Positions 30,750 through 42,047 of a stretch of DNA of 64,000 nucleotides are shown here, one piece after another; position 1 is the first letter of the stretch; each line of letters opens with the position of its first letter. The notes beneath the pieces were generated by a model. The model had not been told where the DNA came from, made no database searches, and saw only the letters and a program-made list of their open reading frames with translations. The stretch spans positions 800,001 through 864,000 of the forward strand of contig OZ241917.1 in NCBI GenBank assembly GCA_965203805.1, read 5' to 3'. The position numbers were made by a program, and so were the translations under genes. This DNA comes from Candidatus Latescibacterota bacterium (lineage in GTDB: Bacteria > Latescibacterota > UBA2968 > GCA-2709665).

Positions 30750-32888
30750 TCAGCGCCGGTTTGGCCTTCTCGGGCCCCGGGATTGGCGCGGCGGGGGCTC
30801 AACGTATCCGGGCGGAGGCTCGAACGTCGCCTTGCGACTAAGTCGAACCTTGCCCTGGTCGTCGATGGAAATCACTTTGACGTCCAGCGTGTCCCCTTCG
30901 GACAGCACGTCTTCGACCTTGTTCACCCGGCGGTAATCCAATTCGGAAATGTGGCAGAGCCCCTCTTTCCCCGGCAGAATCTCGATAAAGGCGCCGAAGT
31001 CCAGAGTTCGCTTTACGGTGCCGTTGTAGACGCGGCCCACCTCCGGGTCTTCCACGAGCGCCTTGATCATCTCCATGGCTTCTTCGCCGGCCCTGGCGTC
31101 GACCGAACTGACGGTTATCAGCCCGTCGTCTTCCACCGCAACGGTGGCGCCCGTCTCTTCGATGCTGCGTATGGTCTTCCCGCCGGGGCCGATCACCGTG
31201 CCGATTTTTGCGGGATCGATATACAGGGACAGGATACGCGGCGCGTAGGGCGACAGTTCCGGGCGCGGACGGCCGATCGCTTCGTTCATGATACCCAGAA
31301 TGTGGTCAAGCGCACCCCGGGCGCGTCCAAACGCCTCCTGCATGATTTCGAAACTGATTCCCTTGATTTTAATGTCCAGCTGAATCGACGTCAGTCCCTC
31401 GGCCGTCCCCGCGATCTTCAGGTCCATATCGCCAAGATGGTCTTCCGCGCCGAGAATGTCGGTCAGCAGTTCCCAGCCGGAACCGTCGTCTCCCATCACC
31501 AGACCGACACCCGCGCCGGCAACCGCGGTCTTGATGGGTACTCCCGCGTCCATGAGTGCGAGCGATCCGCCGCACACCGTGGCCATGGACGACGAACTGT
31601 TCGATTCCAGGATTTCGGAAACGACCCGAATAGTATAGGGAAAGTGCTTCTCATTGGGCACGACCGGAACCAGCGCCTTTTCCGCGAGGACGCCGTGTCC
31701 GATCTCGCGCCGTCCGGGTGCGCCGATCCGGCGGGTCTCCCCCACGCTGTACGACGGGAAGTTGTAGTCCAGCATGAAACTCTTGTACGACATTCCCTCC
31801 AGATCGTCCACCATCCGGGTATCCAGCTTGCTTCCCAGCGTGGCCACGCACAGCGCCTGGGTCTGGCCCCTCGTAAACACGGCCGACCCGTGCGCGCGCG
31901 GCAATACCCCGAGTTCAATCTGAACCGGCCGAACTTCGTCCAGGGCGCGTCCGTCGATCCGGCGTCCCTCCTCCAGGATCATCCGACGCATCTCCCCCTT
32001 TACGATGGCGGCGATTTCCGCGGCGATTTCCTCGCGCGAATCCGGATACTCTGCTTCCAGGGCCTCCTGCGTATCCGCTTCGATCTCCGCGATGACGTTC
32101 GACCTGTCTTCTTTCTCGGACAGCCGGTTCGCCTCTCTGATGCGCTCCGCCGCATGCGACCTCACCGCGTCTTCAAGCGCTTCATCAGGTTCGGGCGCCA
32201 CGACCTCCCGCTTCGGTCTTCCGCATCTGGCGACCAGGTCTTCCTGCAGTTCGACCAGCCTCGCAATGGCTTCCTGTCCTGCCCGCAACGCGCCCAGCAC
32301 GTCGGCGTCCGGCGCCTCGTGGCATTCGCCTTCAACGGAAATGATCGATTCCTTATTTCCCGATACGATGATGTTGATGTCGCTCTCGTCCAGTTGTTCG
32401 TAGGTCGGATTGATCACGTACTCGCCGTTTATTCGTCCCACCTTCACGGCGCCGATCGGTCCTTCGAACGGAATGTCGGAGATACAGACCGCCGCGGACG
32501 CGCCGGTCATCGCCAGCACGGCAGGGTCGTTTTCTTCATCGAACGACAGTACGGTGACCAGCACCTGCGTTTCCACGTCCCGCTTCAGAAACAGGGGCCG
32601 AATCTGGTGGTCGATCAGCCTGGCGCTCAACTTTTCCGTTGTGGAAGGCGCGCCTTCCCGCTTGAAGAAATTTCCGGGTATCCTGCCGCTTGCGTAAAAT
32701 TTCTCCCTATAGTCCACCGTTAACGGGAAGAAGTCCATATCGGACTCTCGGGTATCCGCCACTGTCGCCACGAGCACGACGGTTTCGCCATATTGCATCC
32801 ACACGGCGCCATGGGCCTGTTTGGCCACGCGACCGGTTTCGATGGATAATGTCCTTCCTTCCAGTTCCAGTTCTATTTTTTCTGCCAT
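30750..32888 (-). CDS. pnp: Polyribonucleotide nucleotidyltransferase
   Basis: [27 protein letters not shown] and DHLGDMDLK motifs; KH and S1 domains. Confidence 0.97.
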   Translation of the reverse strand: MAEKIELELEGRTLSIETGRVAKQAHGAVWMQYGETVVLVATVADTRESDMDFFPLTVDYREKFYASGRIPGNFFKREGAPSTTEKLSARLIDHQIRPLFLKRDVETQVLVTVLSFDEENDPAVLAMTGASAAVCISDIPFEGPIGAVKVGRINGEYVINPTYEQLDESDINIIVSGNKESIISVEGECHEAPDADVLGALRAGQEAIARLVELQEDLVARCGRPKREVVAPEPDEALEDAVRSHAAERIREANRLSEKEDRSNVIAEIEADTQEALEAEYPDSREEIAAEIAAIVKGEMRRMILEEGRRIDGRALDEVRPVQIELGVLPRAHGSAVFTRGQTQALCVATLGSKLDTRMVDDLEGMSYKSFMLDYNFPSYSVGETRRIGAPGRREIGHGVLAEKALVPVVPNEKHFPYTIRVVSEILESNSSSSMATVCGGSLALMDAGVPIKTAVAGAGVGLVMGDDGSGWELLTDILGAEDHLGDMDLKIAGTAEGLTSIQLDIKIKGISFEIMQEAFGRARGALDHILGIMNEAIGRPRPELSPYAPRILSLYIDPAKIGTVIGPGGKTIRSIEETGATVAVEDDGLITVSSVDARAGEEAMEMIKALVEDPEVGRVYNGTVKRTLDFGAFIEILPGKEGLCHISELDYRRVNKVEDVLSEGDTLDVKVISIDDQGKVRLSRKATFEPPPGYVEPPPRQSRGPRRPNRR

Positions 32889-32965
32889 CCACTCCTTCTC
32901 CTCAACAAGATTGAAAGTTCCTCAGCCTGCTGCAGTGGCCGGTTCTCGTTTCTCGCCGCAGGCAT

Positions 32966-33235
32966 TCAGCCACGTATTTCGAGTTTGCCGATAAGAGCGC
33001 GATATCCGGCCAGATCCCGGCGCTGCATATACCTCAGAAAACGCCGGCGCTGGCCAACCAGTTTGAGCAGCCCGCGGCGGGAATGGTGATCTTTTCTGTG
33101 CCGGCGGGCGTGATCGGTCAACATTCTGATCCGTTCCGTCAAGAGCGCGATCTGCACTTCGACGGACCCGGTATCCCTGGCGGATTGACCGAAGGACTCC
33201 ACCAATTCGCCCTTCTTTTCCTTTTCTAAACCCAA
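32966..33235 (-). CDS. rpsO: 30S ribosomal protein S15
   Basis: [13 protein letters not shown]…[13 protein letters not shown] start overlaps the ribF stop. Confidence 0.97.
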   Translation of the reverse strand: MGLEKEKKGELVESFGQSARDTGSVEVQIALLTERIRMLTDHARRHRKDHHSRRGLLKLVGQRRRFLRYMQRRDLAGYRALIGKLEIRG

Positions 33236-34182
33236 TGCTCTTCCTCCGTGTGATGATCCAGCTCCTTTACCAGTATGTCACGGGCGCGCTGCCCGTCCGC
33301 GTGAATTTGTGAAATCAGCGCTTCCGGATTCCCAAACCGGCGTTCGCCGCGCAGCCGACCCACCAGGTCAAGGGTTATCCGGCGTCCGTAAAGATCCCCG
33401 TCGAAATCCAGGAGGTGGGCCTCCAGCTGTCTGCTCTTCCCATTGAATGTAGGACGTACGCCGAGGTTTACAACGGACGCGTACCGATCGGGGACCCACG
33501 CCATTGCCGCGTAGACGCCATCCGGCGGCAGGAGCTTCCCGGGTTCGTCAAGCGCAATATTCGCGGTCGGATAACCCAGTTGACGCCCGCGGCCGTCACC
33601 GGGCACCACGTTGCCTGAAACGGGATATCCGCCTCCCAGCATCTCACGGGCCTTGTCGATTTCCCCTCTTCCGACCAGATCACGAATCCGGCTGCTGCTG
33701 ACCGGGCGGTCACCAACGATCACCGGCGGCACGACGGAAACCTCGAAACCGAACCGGCCGCCAAGCGCACGCATGGTCTCGGGATCGCCGCTACGGCCCT
33801 TGCCGAAACCATGATCGTAGCCCAGCACGACGACCCTCGCTGCCAGATAATTCGCCAGATAGGTCGATACGAATGCATCCGGACTCAGGTTCTGTACCTG
33901 CGGCGTAAAGGGAATGACCGCCAGCACGTCGATTCCGGCATCCCCCAACCGTCGGCGTTTTTCATCCAGGGACGTCAGAACGCCCGGCGGATCCGCGGGA
34001 TGGATGACGGCCCGCGGATGTGGATCGAAGGTGACGGCAACAGCGGCGCCCGACCTCTCCCGCGCCGTGGCGACAACGGCTTCGATCACGACCCGATGAC
34101 CGCGGTGAACACCGTCGAATGTGCCAACCGTAACCACCGCGTTGTCGATTGCCAACGTCTGATCTAACGTCCGCGTCTGCAT
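33226..34182 (-). CDS. ribF: Bifunctional riboflavin kinase / FAD synthetase
   Basis: [27 protein letters not shown] and EAHLLDF motifs. Confidence 0.95.
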   Translation of the reverse strand: MQTRTLDQTLAIDNAVVTVGTFDGVHRGHRVVIEAVVATARERSGAAVAVTFDPHPRAVIHPADPPGVLTSLDEKRRRLGDAGIDVLAVIPFTPQVQNLSPDAFVSTYLANYLAARVVVLGYDHGFGKGRSGDPETMRALGGRFGFEVSVVPPVIVGDRPVSSSRIRDLVGRGEIDKAREMLGGGYPVSGNVVPGDGRGRQLGYPTANIALDEPGKLLPPDGVYAAMAWVPDRYASVVNLGVRPTFNGKSRQLEAHLLDFDGDLYGRRITLDLVGRLRGERRFGNPEALISQIHADGQRARDILVKELDHHTEEEHWV

Positions 34183-34187
34183 CCGGT

Positions 34188-35123
34188 TCAACCTTTTGGC
34201 CGGCAAAGCACCCGCACGGGTTTCAGTATCCCGTCGTCGGCCTTCCAACGCCCGATGCCGAGCAACACCCCCTCGGGATGCAGCGCCCGTGCGAGCTGAC
34301 CGGACTCGAGGGCGGTTCCGTCCTTTACATTGGCGACTGCGTTGCCGTGAATGAAACAACCGGCCTGAGCCGCGTTCAGATCGAGACGCGGCAGGTCGCG
34401 CAATAACCGGTTTGGATCCAACAGATACGGCCGAAGTTCCTCCCTCGACGCGACCGAATCGAGGCGTGGAAGGGTGACGCACTCGTCGAGACGAACAGGA
34501 CCGGCGGACGTGCGTCTCAACCCGGCCAGATACGCCCCGCAGCCCAGTTCACTGCCGATGTCGTCGGCCAGTGTGCGGATGTAGGTGCCTTTTGAACAGG
34601 AGACCGTCAGGTGTAACTCGGGAGGACTGAAATCTTCAATATCGATTCTGAAAATGCGAACGCGGGACGGTCGTCGGGCGACGTCCGCACCCGCCCGCGC
34701 CAATTGGTACAACCGCCTTCCGTCCACCTTACGGGCCGAGAACATCGGCGGAATCTGCTCAATGTCTCCAACGAAAGAACCCACCGCGCTCCGAACGACC
34801 GATACGTCGGTGGGAACCCGGTCGCACCGCGCCACGACTTCGCCTTCCGCGTCTAGGGTACTTGTGCGGATTCCGAGCCGGATATGAGCGGAATAGGTCT
34901 TGTCGTGACTCGCGAGATAGGAACTGAGCCGGGTGGCGCGGCCGAGGCACAACACCAGAACTCCGGTTGCCAGCGGGTCCAGAGTGCCCGTGTGCCCCAC
35001 TTTCCGGATGTTCAGACGTCGTCGAACGCGAGCGACCACGTCGTGAGACGTCAGATCCGGAGGCTTGTCAATGGGCAACACGCCTGTGACGTCGATTCCG
35101 GCCTCCACTTCCGGTGCGACCAT
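34188..35123 (-). CDS. truB: tRNA pseudouridine(55) synthase
   Basis: KVGHTGTLDPLATG, PPMFSA and CSKGTYIRTL motifs. Confidence 0.96.
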   Translation of the reverse strand: MVAPEVEAGIDVTGVLPIDKPPDLTSHDVVARVRRRLNIRKVGHTGTLDPLATGVLVLCLGRATRLSSYLASHDKTYSAHIRLGIRTSTLDAEGEVVARCDRVPTDVSVVRSAVGSFVGDIEQIPPMFSARKVDGRRLYQLARAGADVARRPSRVRIFRIDIEDFSPPELHLTVSCSKGTYIRTLADDIGSELGCGAYLAGLRRTSAGPVRLDECVTLPRLDSVASREELRPYLLDPNRLLRDLPRLDLNAAQAGCFIHGNAVANVKDGTALESGQLARALHPEGVLLGIGRWKADDGILKPVRVLCRPKG

Positions 35124-35163
35124 CGTGCACTGCAAACAGGTTACCTGAATCCGGGACAGAGCA

Positions 35164-35502
35164 TTACGTCTTCAAATCATCCAGCAGCCTGTCGATTCTG
35201 CTTGCGCGCTCCAGCGTGTGATCCAGCTCGAATTCCAGCTCCGGCACGTGTCTGAGCCGTATCCTCCCGCCCAGTTCTCTGCGCAGAAACGACATTGCGC
35301 GCTGGAGGATTTTCAGGGTCGTGTCGCGCGTCTCGCCCTCCCCCATCACACTGATATAAACCCGCGCGAACTTCAGGTCCCGTGTCACCCTGACGCCGGT
35401 GACGGTAACGTAGCCCAGGCGAGGATCCTTGATATGCCGGTGGATCAGGTCACTCAGTTCTTCCTGTATCTGCCGACCTACGCTCTCGGCGCGCCACATC
35501 AC
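35164..35502 (-). CDS. rbfA: 30S ribosome-binding factor A
   Basis: KDPRL…TRDLKFARVY…LRHVPEL; syntenic with infB and truB. Confidence 0.95.
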   Translation of the reverse strand: MMWRAESVGRQIQEELSDLIHRHIKDPRLGYVTVTGVRVTRDLKFARVYISVMGEGETRDTTLKILQRAMSFLRRELGGRIRLRHVPELEFELDHTLERASRIDRLLDDLKT

Positions 35503-35780
35503 ATCAATTCCAGTGAATAGTCGATGAGCTCCACCCGATGGTCACGCTGTACCTGGTCCACGACCTTCGAAAGCACGCGATTGACGTAACGGGACTCGTT
35601 CGCTACCATAACGACGCCAACCTCCGCCTTCTGCCAGAATTCGTTATGGCCGACCTCCGAAACGGATACGTTGTATTTCGCCCGAATCCGTTGCCGAAGG
35701 CTCTCCAGAACCCGGCGCTTTCCCTTCAACGAACCACTCTCAGGCAGATATAGATCCAGACGACAAAGCCCGACGGTCAT
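35499..35780 (-). CDS. DUF503 (YlxP-like) protein
   Basis: SLKGKRRVL…YNVSVSEV motif; conserved position between infB and rbfA. Confidence 0.88.
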   Translation of the reverse strand: MTVGLCRLDLYLPESGSLKGKRRVLESLRQRIRAKYNVSVSEVGHNEFWQKAEVGVVMVANESRYVNRVLSKVVDQVQRDHRVELIDYSLELM

Positions 35781-35788
35781 AGCTTCAG

Positions 35789-38257
35789 TTAAAGCGTGCG
35801 TGCGGTTTCTACGTGTTCGTAGGCCTCGATCACGTCGCCGAGTTTGGTGTCGTTGAAATTCTCCAGGCCGATACCGCATTCAAACCCGGACTGGACCTCC
35901 CTGACGTCATCCTTGAATCTGCGCAGGGACCCGATCCGGCCCTCGTAGACCACGACATTGTCCCGCAGCACCCGCACCATGGCGCTTCGGGTCATTGTGC
36001 CGTTGGAGATATAACACCCGGCGATGATTCCGACCCGGGGCACCTGGAATGTCTCACGTACCTCCGCCGACCCCACAATCTGTTCATCGATGTCCGGGGT
36101 GAGCAGCCCGGAAAGCGCCGCCTTGATGTCTTCAACGGCTTCGTAAATGACACGGTAGGAGCGAACATCGACCCGTTCCTGCGCAACCACCTCGCGTGCG
36201 CGGATATCCGGGCGCACATTAAAGCCAATGATGATCGCATCCGAAGCGGAGGCGAGCAGGACGTCGGATTCGGAAACCGCACCCACCCCGCGATGGATCA
36301 CGTTGATCCGCACCTCGTCGCTGGGTATCTGCATCAGGGAATCGTGAAGCGCTTCCACCGAACCGTCGACGTCGCCCTTGAGAATGAGGCGCAATTCCTG
36401 GACCTGTCCGGCCTTGATCTGATCGTGAATGTCGACCAGGCTTACCCTGCGTATCCGGTGGGCCTCCCGTTCGCGGCGCAACTGCTGTCTTTTCTGGCTG
36501 ATTTCCCTGGCGGTCCGTTCGTTTTCCACCGAGTAGAAGGAATCTCCAGCCTGGGGAAGTCCGGACAGGCCGAGCACCTGAACCGGCACCGACGGGCCCG
36601 CTTCGGAAACCCGGTGTCCGCGTTCGTCGAGAAGCGCCCTCGCCCTGCCGCTGTAGAGCCCGGTGACGAAGGTATCGCCCACGTTGAGCGTCCCCTCCTG
36701 CACCAGCACGGTTGCCACATTGCCGCGGCCACGGTCCAGGCGCGCCTCCACAATGGCGCCCTTGGCGCGTTTGTCGGGGTTGGCCTTGAGTTCCAGCAGA
36801 TCCGTTTCCAGAGCCAGCAACTCGAGCAGATCCTTTACGTTCTCGCCGGTCTTTGCGGATATTTCACAGGACTGAACCTTGCCCCCGTATGCTTCGAGGA
36901 TGACGTTCTGTTCCGTCAGTTGCCGCTTGATTCGATCCACGTCCGCGCCAGGAAGGTCTATTTTGTTGATGGCAAGCACAATGGGTACGTCCGCTGCGCG
37001 CGCGTGGTCGATGGCTTCCACGGTCTGCGGCATGACGTTGTCGTCGGCCGCCACGATCAGAACAACCACGTCCGTCACCTGGGCTCCCCTGGCGCGCATC
37101 GCGGTAAAGGCCTCGTGACCGGGTGTATCCAGAAACGTCACCATCCGGTCGTTGTCCAGCTTGACGTGATAGGCGCCGATGTGCTGGGTGATTCCTCCTG
37201 CCTCGCCCGCGACCACGTTGGTATCGCGGACATAGTCCAGCAGGGATGTCTTTCCGTGGTCTACATGACCCATTATGGTCACCACCGGCGGTCGCGGCTT
37301 GAGATCGTCCACCTCGTCGTCTTCGTCCTGCTCGAGCACGTCTTCCGCGAATTCCTGGAGCTCTTCGACCCCGATACCGAACTCGTCGGCAACCAGAATA
37401 ATGGTGTCCATATCCAGCCGCTGGTTGATGGTGACCATGAGCCCCAGCGTGAGACACTGTTTGATCACATCGGTCAGCGGAATGTCCATCAACGTGGACA
37501 GTTCGCCGACGGTGGTAAACTCGTTGACCTTGATGACGCGGTCGACCTCCACCTCTTCGTCGATCTCGCCGTCGTCTCTGCGGCGACGCCGACGCGACCG
37601 GGCCGTGCCGGTCTCCATCTGAGCCATCGTGCGACGCACGCTGGCCTCGATCTCCGTCTGGTCGGGAGCGGGTCTGCCGCGGCGGCGGCGGCGGCGCCTG
37701 CCGTCACTACGTTCGGGGGCGGGCTTCCCTCCCTTCTGCGATGTCTCGGGCTGCCTGTCCGGCCCTGCCGTGCTTGCAGTGTCCGCCGACGGCTCTCTTC
37801 GCGCCGTATCGCGTCTCCGCCTGCGGCTTGCCTCGTCATCGCGGATTTCACGAATCTCGACAGCCTCGCGGACGGGCGTGGCAGGTCTGGGCTTGTCCGC
37901 GGCTTTGGATGCAGGCTTTTTCGCGCTTCGCGCTCTGGCTGGCGCCGGTGTCTTCCGTTCGTCTTTTTCGGGTTCCCGACGCTGTCTCTTCTGCGCGGAT
38001 TTGCGTTTGATTTCCTGGCGGGAGGCGTTTCGCTCCTCTTCGAACTTGCCCCGGATACGATCGAACATTTCCTTCGTACACACAGCCATGTGGTTCTTGA
38101 CATCGAACCCCAGGCCTCTGACCACGTCCACCATCGCGACGCTGGAGAGGTTGAACTCCCGCGCGACCTCGTAGATTCGGCGTTTCTTGTCATCGGCGGC
38201 TTCGGGTGACCCCTTAACCGTCTTTGGAGGCACTTTTCTGATCATCGGACCGGTCAC
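35789..38257 (-). CDS. infB: Translation initiation factor IF-2
   Basis: GHVDHGKT, GITQHIGA, DTPGHEAF and NKID motifs. Confidence 0.97.
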   Translation of the reverse strand: MTGPMIRKVPPKTVKGSPEAADDKKRRIYEVAREFNLSSVAMVDVVRGLGFDVKNHMAVCTKEMFDRIRGKFEEERNASRQEIKRKSAQKRQRREPEKDERKTPAPARARSAKKPASKAADKPRPATPVREAVEIREIRDDEASRRRRRDTARREPSADTASTAGPDRQPETSQKGGKPAPERSDGRRRRRRRGRPAPDQTEIEASVRRTMAQMETGTARSRRRRRRDDGEIDEEVEVDRVIKVNEFTTVGELSTLMDIPLTDVIKQCLTLGLMVTINQRLDMDTIILVADEFGIGVEELQEFAEDVLEQDEDDEVDDLKPRPPVVTIMGHVDHGKTSLLDYVRDTNVVAGEAGGITQHIGAYHVKLDNDRMVTFLDTPGHEAFTAMRARGAQVTDVVVLIVAADDNVMPQTVEAIDHARAADVPIVLAINKIDLPGADVDRIKRQLTEQNVILEAYGGKVQSCEISAKTGENVKDLLELLALETDLLELKANPDKRAKGAIVEARLDRGRGNVATVLVQEGTLNVGDTFVTGLYSGRARALLDERGHRVSEAGPSVPVQVLGLSGLPQAGDSFYSVENERTAREISQKRQQLRREREAHRIRRVSLVDIHDQIKAGQVQELRLILKGDVDGSVEALHDSLMQIPSDEVRINVIHRGVGAVSESDVLLASASDAIIIGFNVRPDIRAREVVAQERVDVRSYRVIYEAVEDIKAALSGLLTPDIDEQIVGSAEVRETFQVPRVGIIAGCYISNGTMTRSAMVRVLRDNVVVYEGRIGSLRRFKDDVREVQSGFECGIGLENFNDTKLGDVIEAYEHVETARTL

Positions 38258-39741
38258 CTCCCCTCAATCCCGGATGCGTCGCCGACCTGATCCTCTTCCG
38301 GTGCCGCCGCGTCCTCGTCCGAATGTTCGACGACCTCGTCCACGACCGGCTCGTCGCCTGCTTCTTCCTCTGCTGCAGCGGCCGCCGCGGCTTCTTCGGC
38401 TGCGAGTCGCGCCGCTTCGGCTTCTTCTTCGGCGAGCCGCGCCGCTTCCTCGGCCCGCTGCCGTTCCAGTTCCTCGCGGTAAGCCTGGACCTTGACCGAG
38501 ACGACTTCGTCTGCCGCGCTCTGGATTTTTGCGCCGGTGGACTCCCCGATACCGGGCACGTCGAGCAACCGGACGAGCGAGACTTCCACAAGGTCGTTGG
38601 CAGACTGTATTCCCGCAGCTTCGAGACGTTCGAGCATCACTTTGCCCACGCCGGCGACTTCCGTTAACGGAACAAATGTCGCCGCGCGTTCGTCCTGCAG
38701 TTCCTGGAACCGGGTCTCGGTGATAATGTCTACCTTCCATCCAGTCAGTTGCGCGGCCAGTCGGGCATTCTGCCCCGATTTGCCAATGGCAAGCGACAAC
38801 TGGTCGTCGTCGACGATTGCCGTCATCGTTGTCTTGTTTCGATCGACCACCACACGTTTGACCGTGGCGGGGCTGAGCCCACGGGAAAGAAAGATGGCTT
38901 CGTCTTCGCTCCAGGGCACGATGTCGATCCGCTCGTTGCTCAATTCCCGAACGACCGCCTGGACCCTGGAACCTTTCATCCCCACGCAGGCGCCGACCGG
39001 ATCGATGCGGGCGTCGTTAGAATACACTGCGATTTTTGCTCGCTCTCCAGGTTCGCGGGCGACGGCCCTGATTTCAATGATACCCTCGTAGATTTCAGGG
39101 ACCTCGAACTGAAACAGCTTCACCAGAAACTGCGGATGCGTTCGGGAGAGGACGACCTGCGGCCCCTTCGACGTGCGGAGAACGTTGACCAGATAGGCGC
39201 GGATAGGGTCTCCCTGGCGGTACCGCTCCTTGCGAATCTGCTCCTTGAGCGGAATGACCGCCTCCGTGCGCCCCAGGTTTATCAGAATATCGCCGTGGCT
39301 GATCTGCTGGACGGTGCCGCTGATGATTTCGCCGATACGATTCTGATAGTCCTCGTAGATCTTCTCGCGCTCGGCTTCCCGCACCCGCTGGATAAGGATC
39401 TGCTTGGTGGACTGAATGGCATTACGGCCGAAATCGGCAAACCTGAGCAACTCCCTGATTTCCCCGTTGACTTTGACGCCGGGTTCGATCTCGCGGGCTG
39501 CCGTAAGTCCGATCTGCAGGGCAGGATCCTCGATCTCCTCGTCCCTGACGACAGACTTTGTGGCAACGACCTCGATATTGCCGGAGTTGACATCGATATT
39601 CACCTCGACGTTGTCCGACGTGCCGAACCGCCTCTTGGTTGCGGAGAGCAGCCCGATTTCCAGGGTTTCGATCACGAGCGCCCTGTCAACGTTTTTTTCC
39701 TGGGCAATCTGGCCCAGCGCCTCAAGGACTTCGTAGTTCAA
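38254..39741 (-). CDS. nusA: Transcription termination/antitermination factor NusA
   Basis: AREPGERAK, DPVGACVG and AIGKSGQNARLA motifs; C-terminal HhH repeats and an acidic tail. Confidence 0.96.
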   Translation of the reverse strand: MNYEVLEALGQIAQEKNVDRALVIETLEIGLLSATKRRFGTSDNVEVNIDVNSGNIEVVATKSVVRDEEIEDPALQIGLTAAREIEPGVKVNGEIRELLRFADFGRNAIQSTKQILIQRVREAEREKIYEDYQNRIGEIISGTVQQISHGDILINLGRTEAVIPLKEQIRKERYRQGDPIRAYLVNVLRTSKGPQVVLSRTHPQFLVKLFQFEVPEIYEGIIEIRAVAREPGERAKIAVYSNDARIDPVGACVGMKGSRVQAVVRELSNERIDIVPWSEDEAIFLSRGLSPATVKRVVVDRNKTTMTAIVDDDQLSLAIGKSGQNARLAAQLTGWKVDIITETRFQELQDERAATFVPLTEVAGVGKVMLERLEAAGIQSANDLVEVSLVRLLDVPGIGESTGAKIQSAADEVVSVKVQAYREELERQRAEEAARLAEEEAEAARLAAEEAAAAAAAEEEAGDEPVVDEVVEHSDEDAAAPEEDQVGDASGIEGR

Positions 39742-39753
39742 AAGGACATCTCC

Positions 39754-40218
39754 TCAAAATTCGAAATGGAGGTTGGCTTTTCTTACGTCGGCGGCCGGGA
39801 CGACCTGAATCCGGCCGTCGATATTGAATACCAGTTCGGCCCCGTCGTATCGCGTGAGGTGACCAATCAGCACGCGTCCGCCATCCAGTATGACCTTAAC
39901 GGCCCGGCCGACGGCTCGCCTGTAGTCCCGATCGGACTTGAGCGGCCGGTCGAGTCCGGGCGAAGAAACCTCAAGGACATAGCGCCCGCTGATCGGATCG
40001 TGAGTATCCAGAACATCAGCGATCCCGCGGCTGAGGCGCGCGCATTCATCAACGGTAATGCCGTCTGCTCGATCCACGTCGATGCGCAGCGTCCTGTTCC
40101 GGGGACTGCCCGAGAGCTGCAGATCGACCAGGTCCGCACCCTGGTACTTCAGATAGGTCGCGATGAGCTCTTCGATTGCTTCCTGAATCGCCGGATCGTT
40201 CATAAACCGGAAATGCAA
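39754..40218 (-). CDS. rimP: Ribosome maturation factor RimP
   Basis: LEVSSPGLDRPL motif; first gene of the nusA-infB operon. The start may instead be ATG at 40203. Confidence 0.93.
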   Translation of the reverse strand: MHFRFMNDPAIQEAIEELIATYLKYQGADLVDLQLSGSPRNRTLRIDVDRADGITVDECARLSRGIADVLDTHDPISGRYVLEVSSPGLDRPLKSDRDYRRAVGRAVKVILDGGRVLIGHLTRYDGAELVFNIDGRIQVVPAADVRKANLHFEF

Positions 40219-40236
40219 CTTTAGGTCCAGATATTC

Positions 40237-40262
40237 AAAAGAGCGGGCACCCGCCCACTCTC
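40237..40262 (-). promoter_or_regulatory. rimP-leader hairpin (attenuator-like)
   Basis: Minus strand GAGTGGGC-GGGT-GCCCGCTC-TTTT just upstream of rimP matches the described GGGc…gCCC rimP-leader terminator motif. Confidence 0.7.
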
Positions 40263-40278
40263 GCTGTTCAGAAAAATA

Positions 40279-40307
40279 AATATATGGTATTTCACACTAT
40301 AGCGCAA
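40279..40307 (-). promoter_or_regulatory. Sigma70-like promoter of the rimP-nusA-infB operon
   Basis: Minus strand TTGCGC-17 nt-TATATT in an AT-rich intergenic region, just upstream of the leader hairpin. Confidence 0.55.
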
Positions 40308-40333
40308 GCATTAAATTCCAGACAGGGCCCCGC

Positions 40334-40696
40334 TCATCGCCCTCCCTCGACCAGGCTCTTGAGTTGCCCGAGCATTTCACGCAACTCGTTCACGATCTCT
40401 TCCAGTTCCTTCGGCGGACCCGGCGCCGCCGCGGCCTCGTCGACCGCCGAATCTCTCCACAAAGAGGGGTCTTCCCTGAGCCGCTCACGGGCGCCCTTCA
40501 GCGTGTACTTTTCATCCTGTCTCAGACGTTTGATGGCCAGTACGATTCTGAGGTCCCGCTCCCGGTACAGCCGGTTTCCGGAACGTCCCCGCCGGGGCCG
40601 GAGCATGGGAAATTCCTTCTCCCAATAGCGCAGAACCTGCGGCTCGATACCGGTTTCGTCCGCCACTTCACGGATGGAATAGTAGATCTTCTTCAT
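40334..40696 (-). CDS. MerR-family transcriptional regulator
   Basis: YYSIREVA…VLRYWEKEF…GNRLY winged-HTH pattern. Confidence 0.9.
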   Translation of the reverse strand: MKKIYYSIREVADETGIEPQVLRYWEKEFPMLRPRRGRSGNRLYRERDLRIVLAIKRLRQDEKYTLKGARERLREDPSLWRDSAVDEAAAAPGPPKELEEIVNELREMLGQLKSLVEGGR

Positions 40697-40702
40697 TGCA
40701 TA

Positions 40703-42022
40703 TCATCGCTTTTTCTTGAATAAGATACGTACCGGTGTTCCCTTCAGATCGAAACGTTCCCGCAAGCGGCGTTCGAGAAAACGCCGATAGTGTTCCGGCA
40801 CGTCCCCCGGTCTGGTGGTAAAGAAAATCACCGTGGGCGGTTCTATTGCGGGTTGAACGCAATAGTACATCTTCGACGCCCGACCCCTGCGGGTGGGTGG
40901 CGGATGCGTGGCGTTGACTTCCTCGAGAAACCGGTTCAAGGCGGAAGTGGCAATTCGAAGACGCCGTTTGTCGTAAATCTCGAGCGCCATTTCCAGAATC
41001 TTCCAGGCGCGCTGGCCGGATAGCGCGGAAACGAAAAAGATCGGAAAGTCTCTCAGTGAGGGAAACCGGCCGATTATGTCCCGCGCATACACGATTGCCG
41101 TCTTGTCGTCTTTGTCGATCAGATCCCACTTGTTCATCGCCAGCAGCGCGCCTTTGCCCATTTCGGCCGCGTCGCCGAGTATCTTCACATCCTGAAGTGT
41201 GATCCCCTCATCCGCATCGGCGATGACCACGGCGACGTCGCACCGCTCCAGGCTCGTTCTGGTGCGAACCGTACTGTAATACTCGACCTGCTCCCTCACC
41301 TTCGTGCGCCTCCGAAGTCCCGCGGTATCGATCAGCAGAAAATCGCGGCCGTTCCGCTTCATCGGCAGATCGATCGAATCACGTGTCGTGCCGGGAATCG
41401 GACTCACCACCATCCGGTCTTCACCTGCCAGACGATTGATGAAGGTGGACTTGCCCACATTGGGTCGGCCGACCACCGCAATGCGCGGCTCGCCGGCGTC
41501 TTCTTCGTGATCAGGATCGGTTTCCGGAATGAGCGCGACCACCTCATCCAGAAGGTCGCCCGATTTGCGCCCGCTCAGCGCCGATACGGGCACGGGCTCG
41601 CCAAGGGCCAGGCCGTAGAAGCCGGTAACGTCCGGTTCATCGCGTTCCGAATCCACTTTGTTCACAACCGGCAGGCAGGGTGTTCCGTTCACGCGTACCA
41701 GACGGGCGATGGCGGCGTCATCGTCGGTGGGGCCTGTCCTGGCGTCCATGACCAGAATGATCACATCCGCTTCGGCCACGGCCACCTCTACCTGATCCCC
41801 CACGGACTGCGCGATACCCGCATCAGGATTGAGCGTATAACCGCCGGTATCCACCAGCGTGAACACCCGGCGGTTCCAGGCGACCTCCGCGTAGTTTCGG
41901 TCCCGCGTCACGCCGGGAAAATCGTCGACCACGGCCCGCCGGTGGCCCAGAAACCGATTAAAGAGTGTGGACTTTCCCACGTTGGGTCGTCCAACGATCG
42001 CAACAACACGTCGCTTCGGCAA
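40703..42022 (-). CDS. der: Ribosome biogenesis GTPase Der (EngA)
   Basis: Two GRPNVGKS G1 motifs, DTGG/DTAG and NKVD/NKWD motifs, and a KH-like C-terminus. Confidence 0.97.
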   Translation of the reverse strand: MPKRRVVAIVGRPNVGKSTLFNRFLGHRRAVVDDFPGVTRDRNYAEVAWNRRVFTLVDTGGYTLNPDAGIAQSVGDQVEVAVAEADVIILVMDARTGPTDDDAAIARLVRVNGTPCLPVVNKVDSERDEPDVTGFYGLALGEPVPVSALSGRKSGDLLDEVVALIPETDPDHEEDAGEPRIAVVGRPNVGKSTFINRLAGEDRMVVSPIPGTTRDSIDLPMKRNGRDFLLIDTAGLRRRTKVREQVEYYSTVRTRTSLERCDVAVVIADADEGITLQDVKILGDAAEMGKGALLAMNKWDLIDKDDKTAIVYARDIIGRFPSLRDFPIFFVSALSGQRAWKILEMALEIYDKRRLRIATSALNRFLEEVNATHPPPTRRGRASKMYYCVQPAIEPPTVIFFTTRPGDVPEHYRRFLERRLRERFDLKGTPVRILFKKKR

Positions 42023-42047
42023 ATCGTCACCTCCCGTGCGTGCCGCG

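Noticed and set aside
28700-40224. Long + strand ORFs (28700-30532, 30723-32723, 35813-38209, 38749-40224)
   Set aside because: These are antisense shadows of leuS/asnS, pnp, infB and nusA, expected at high GC, and have no protein motifs.
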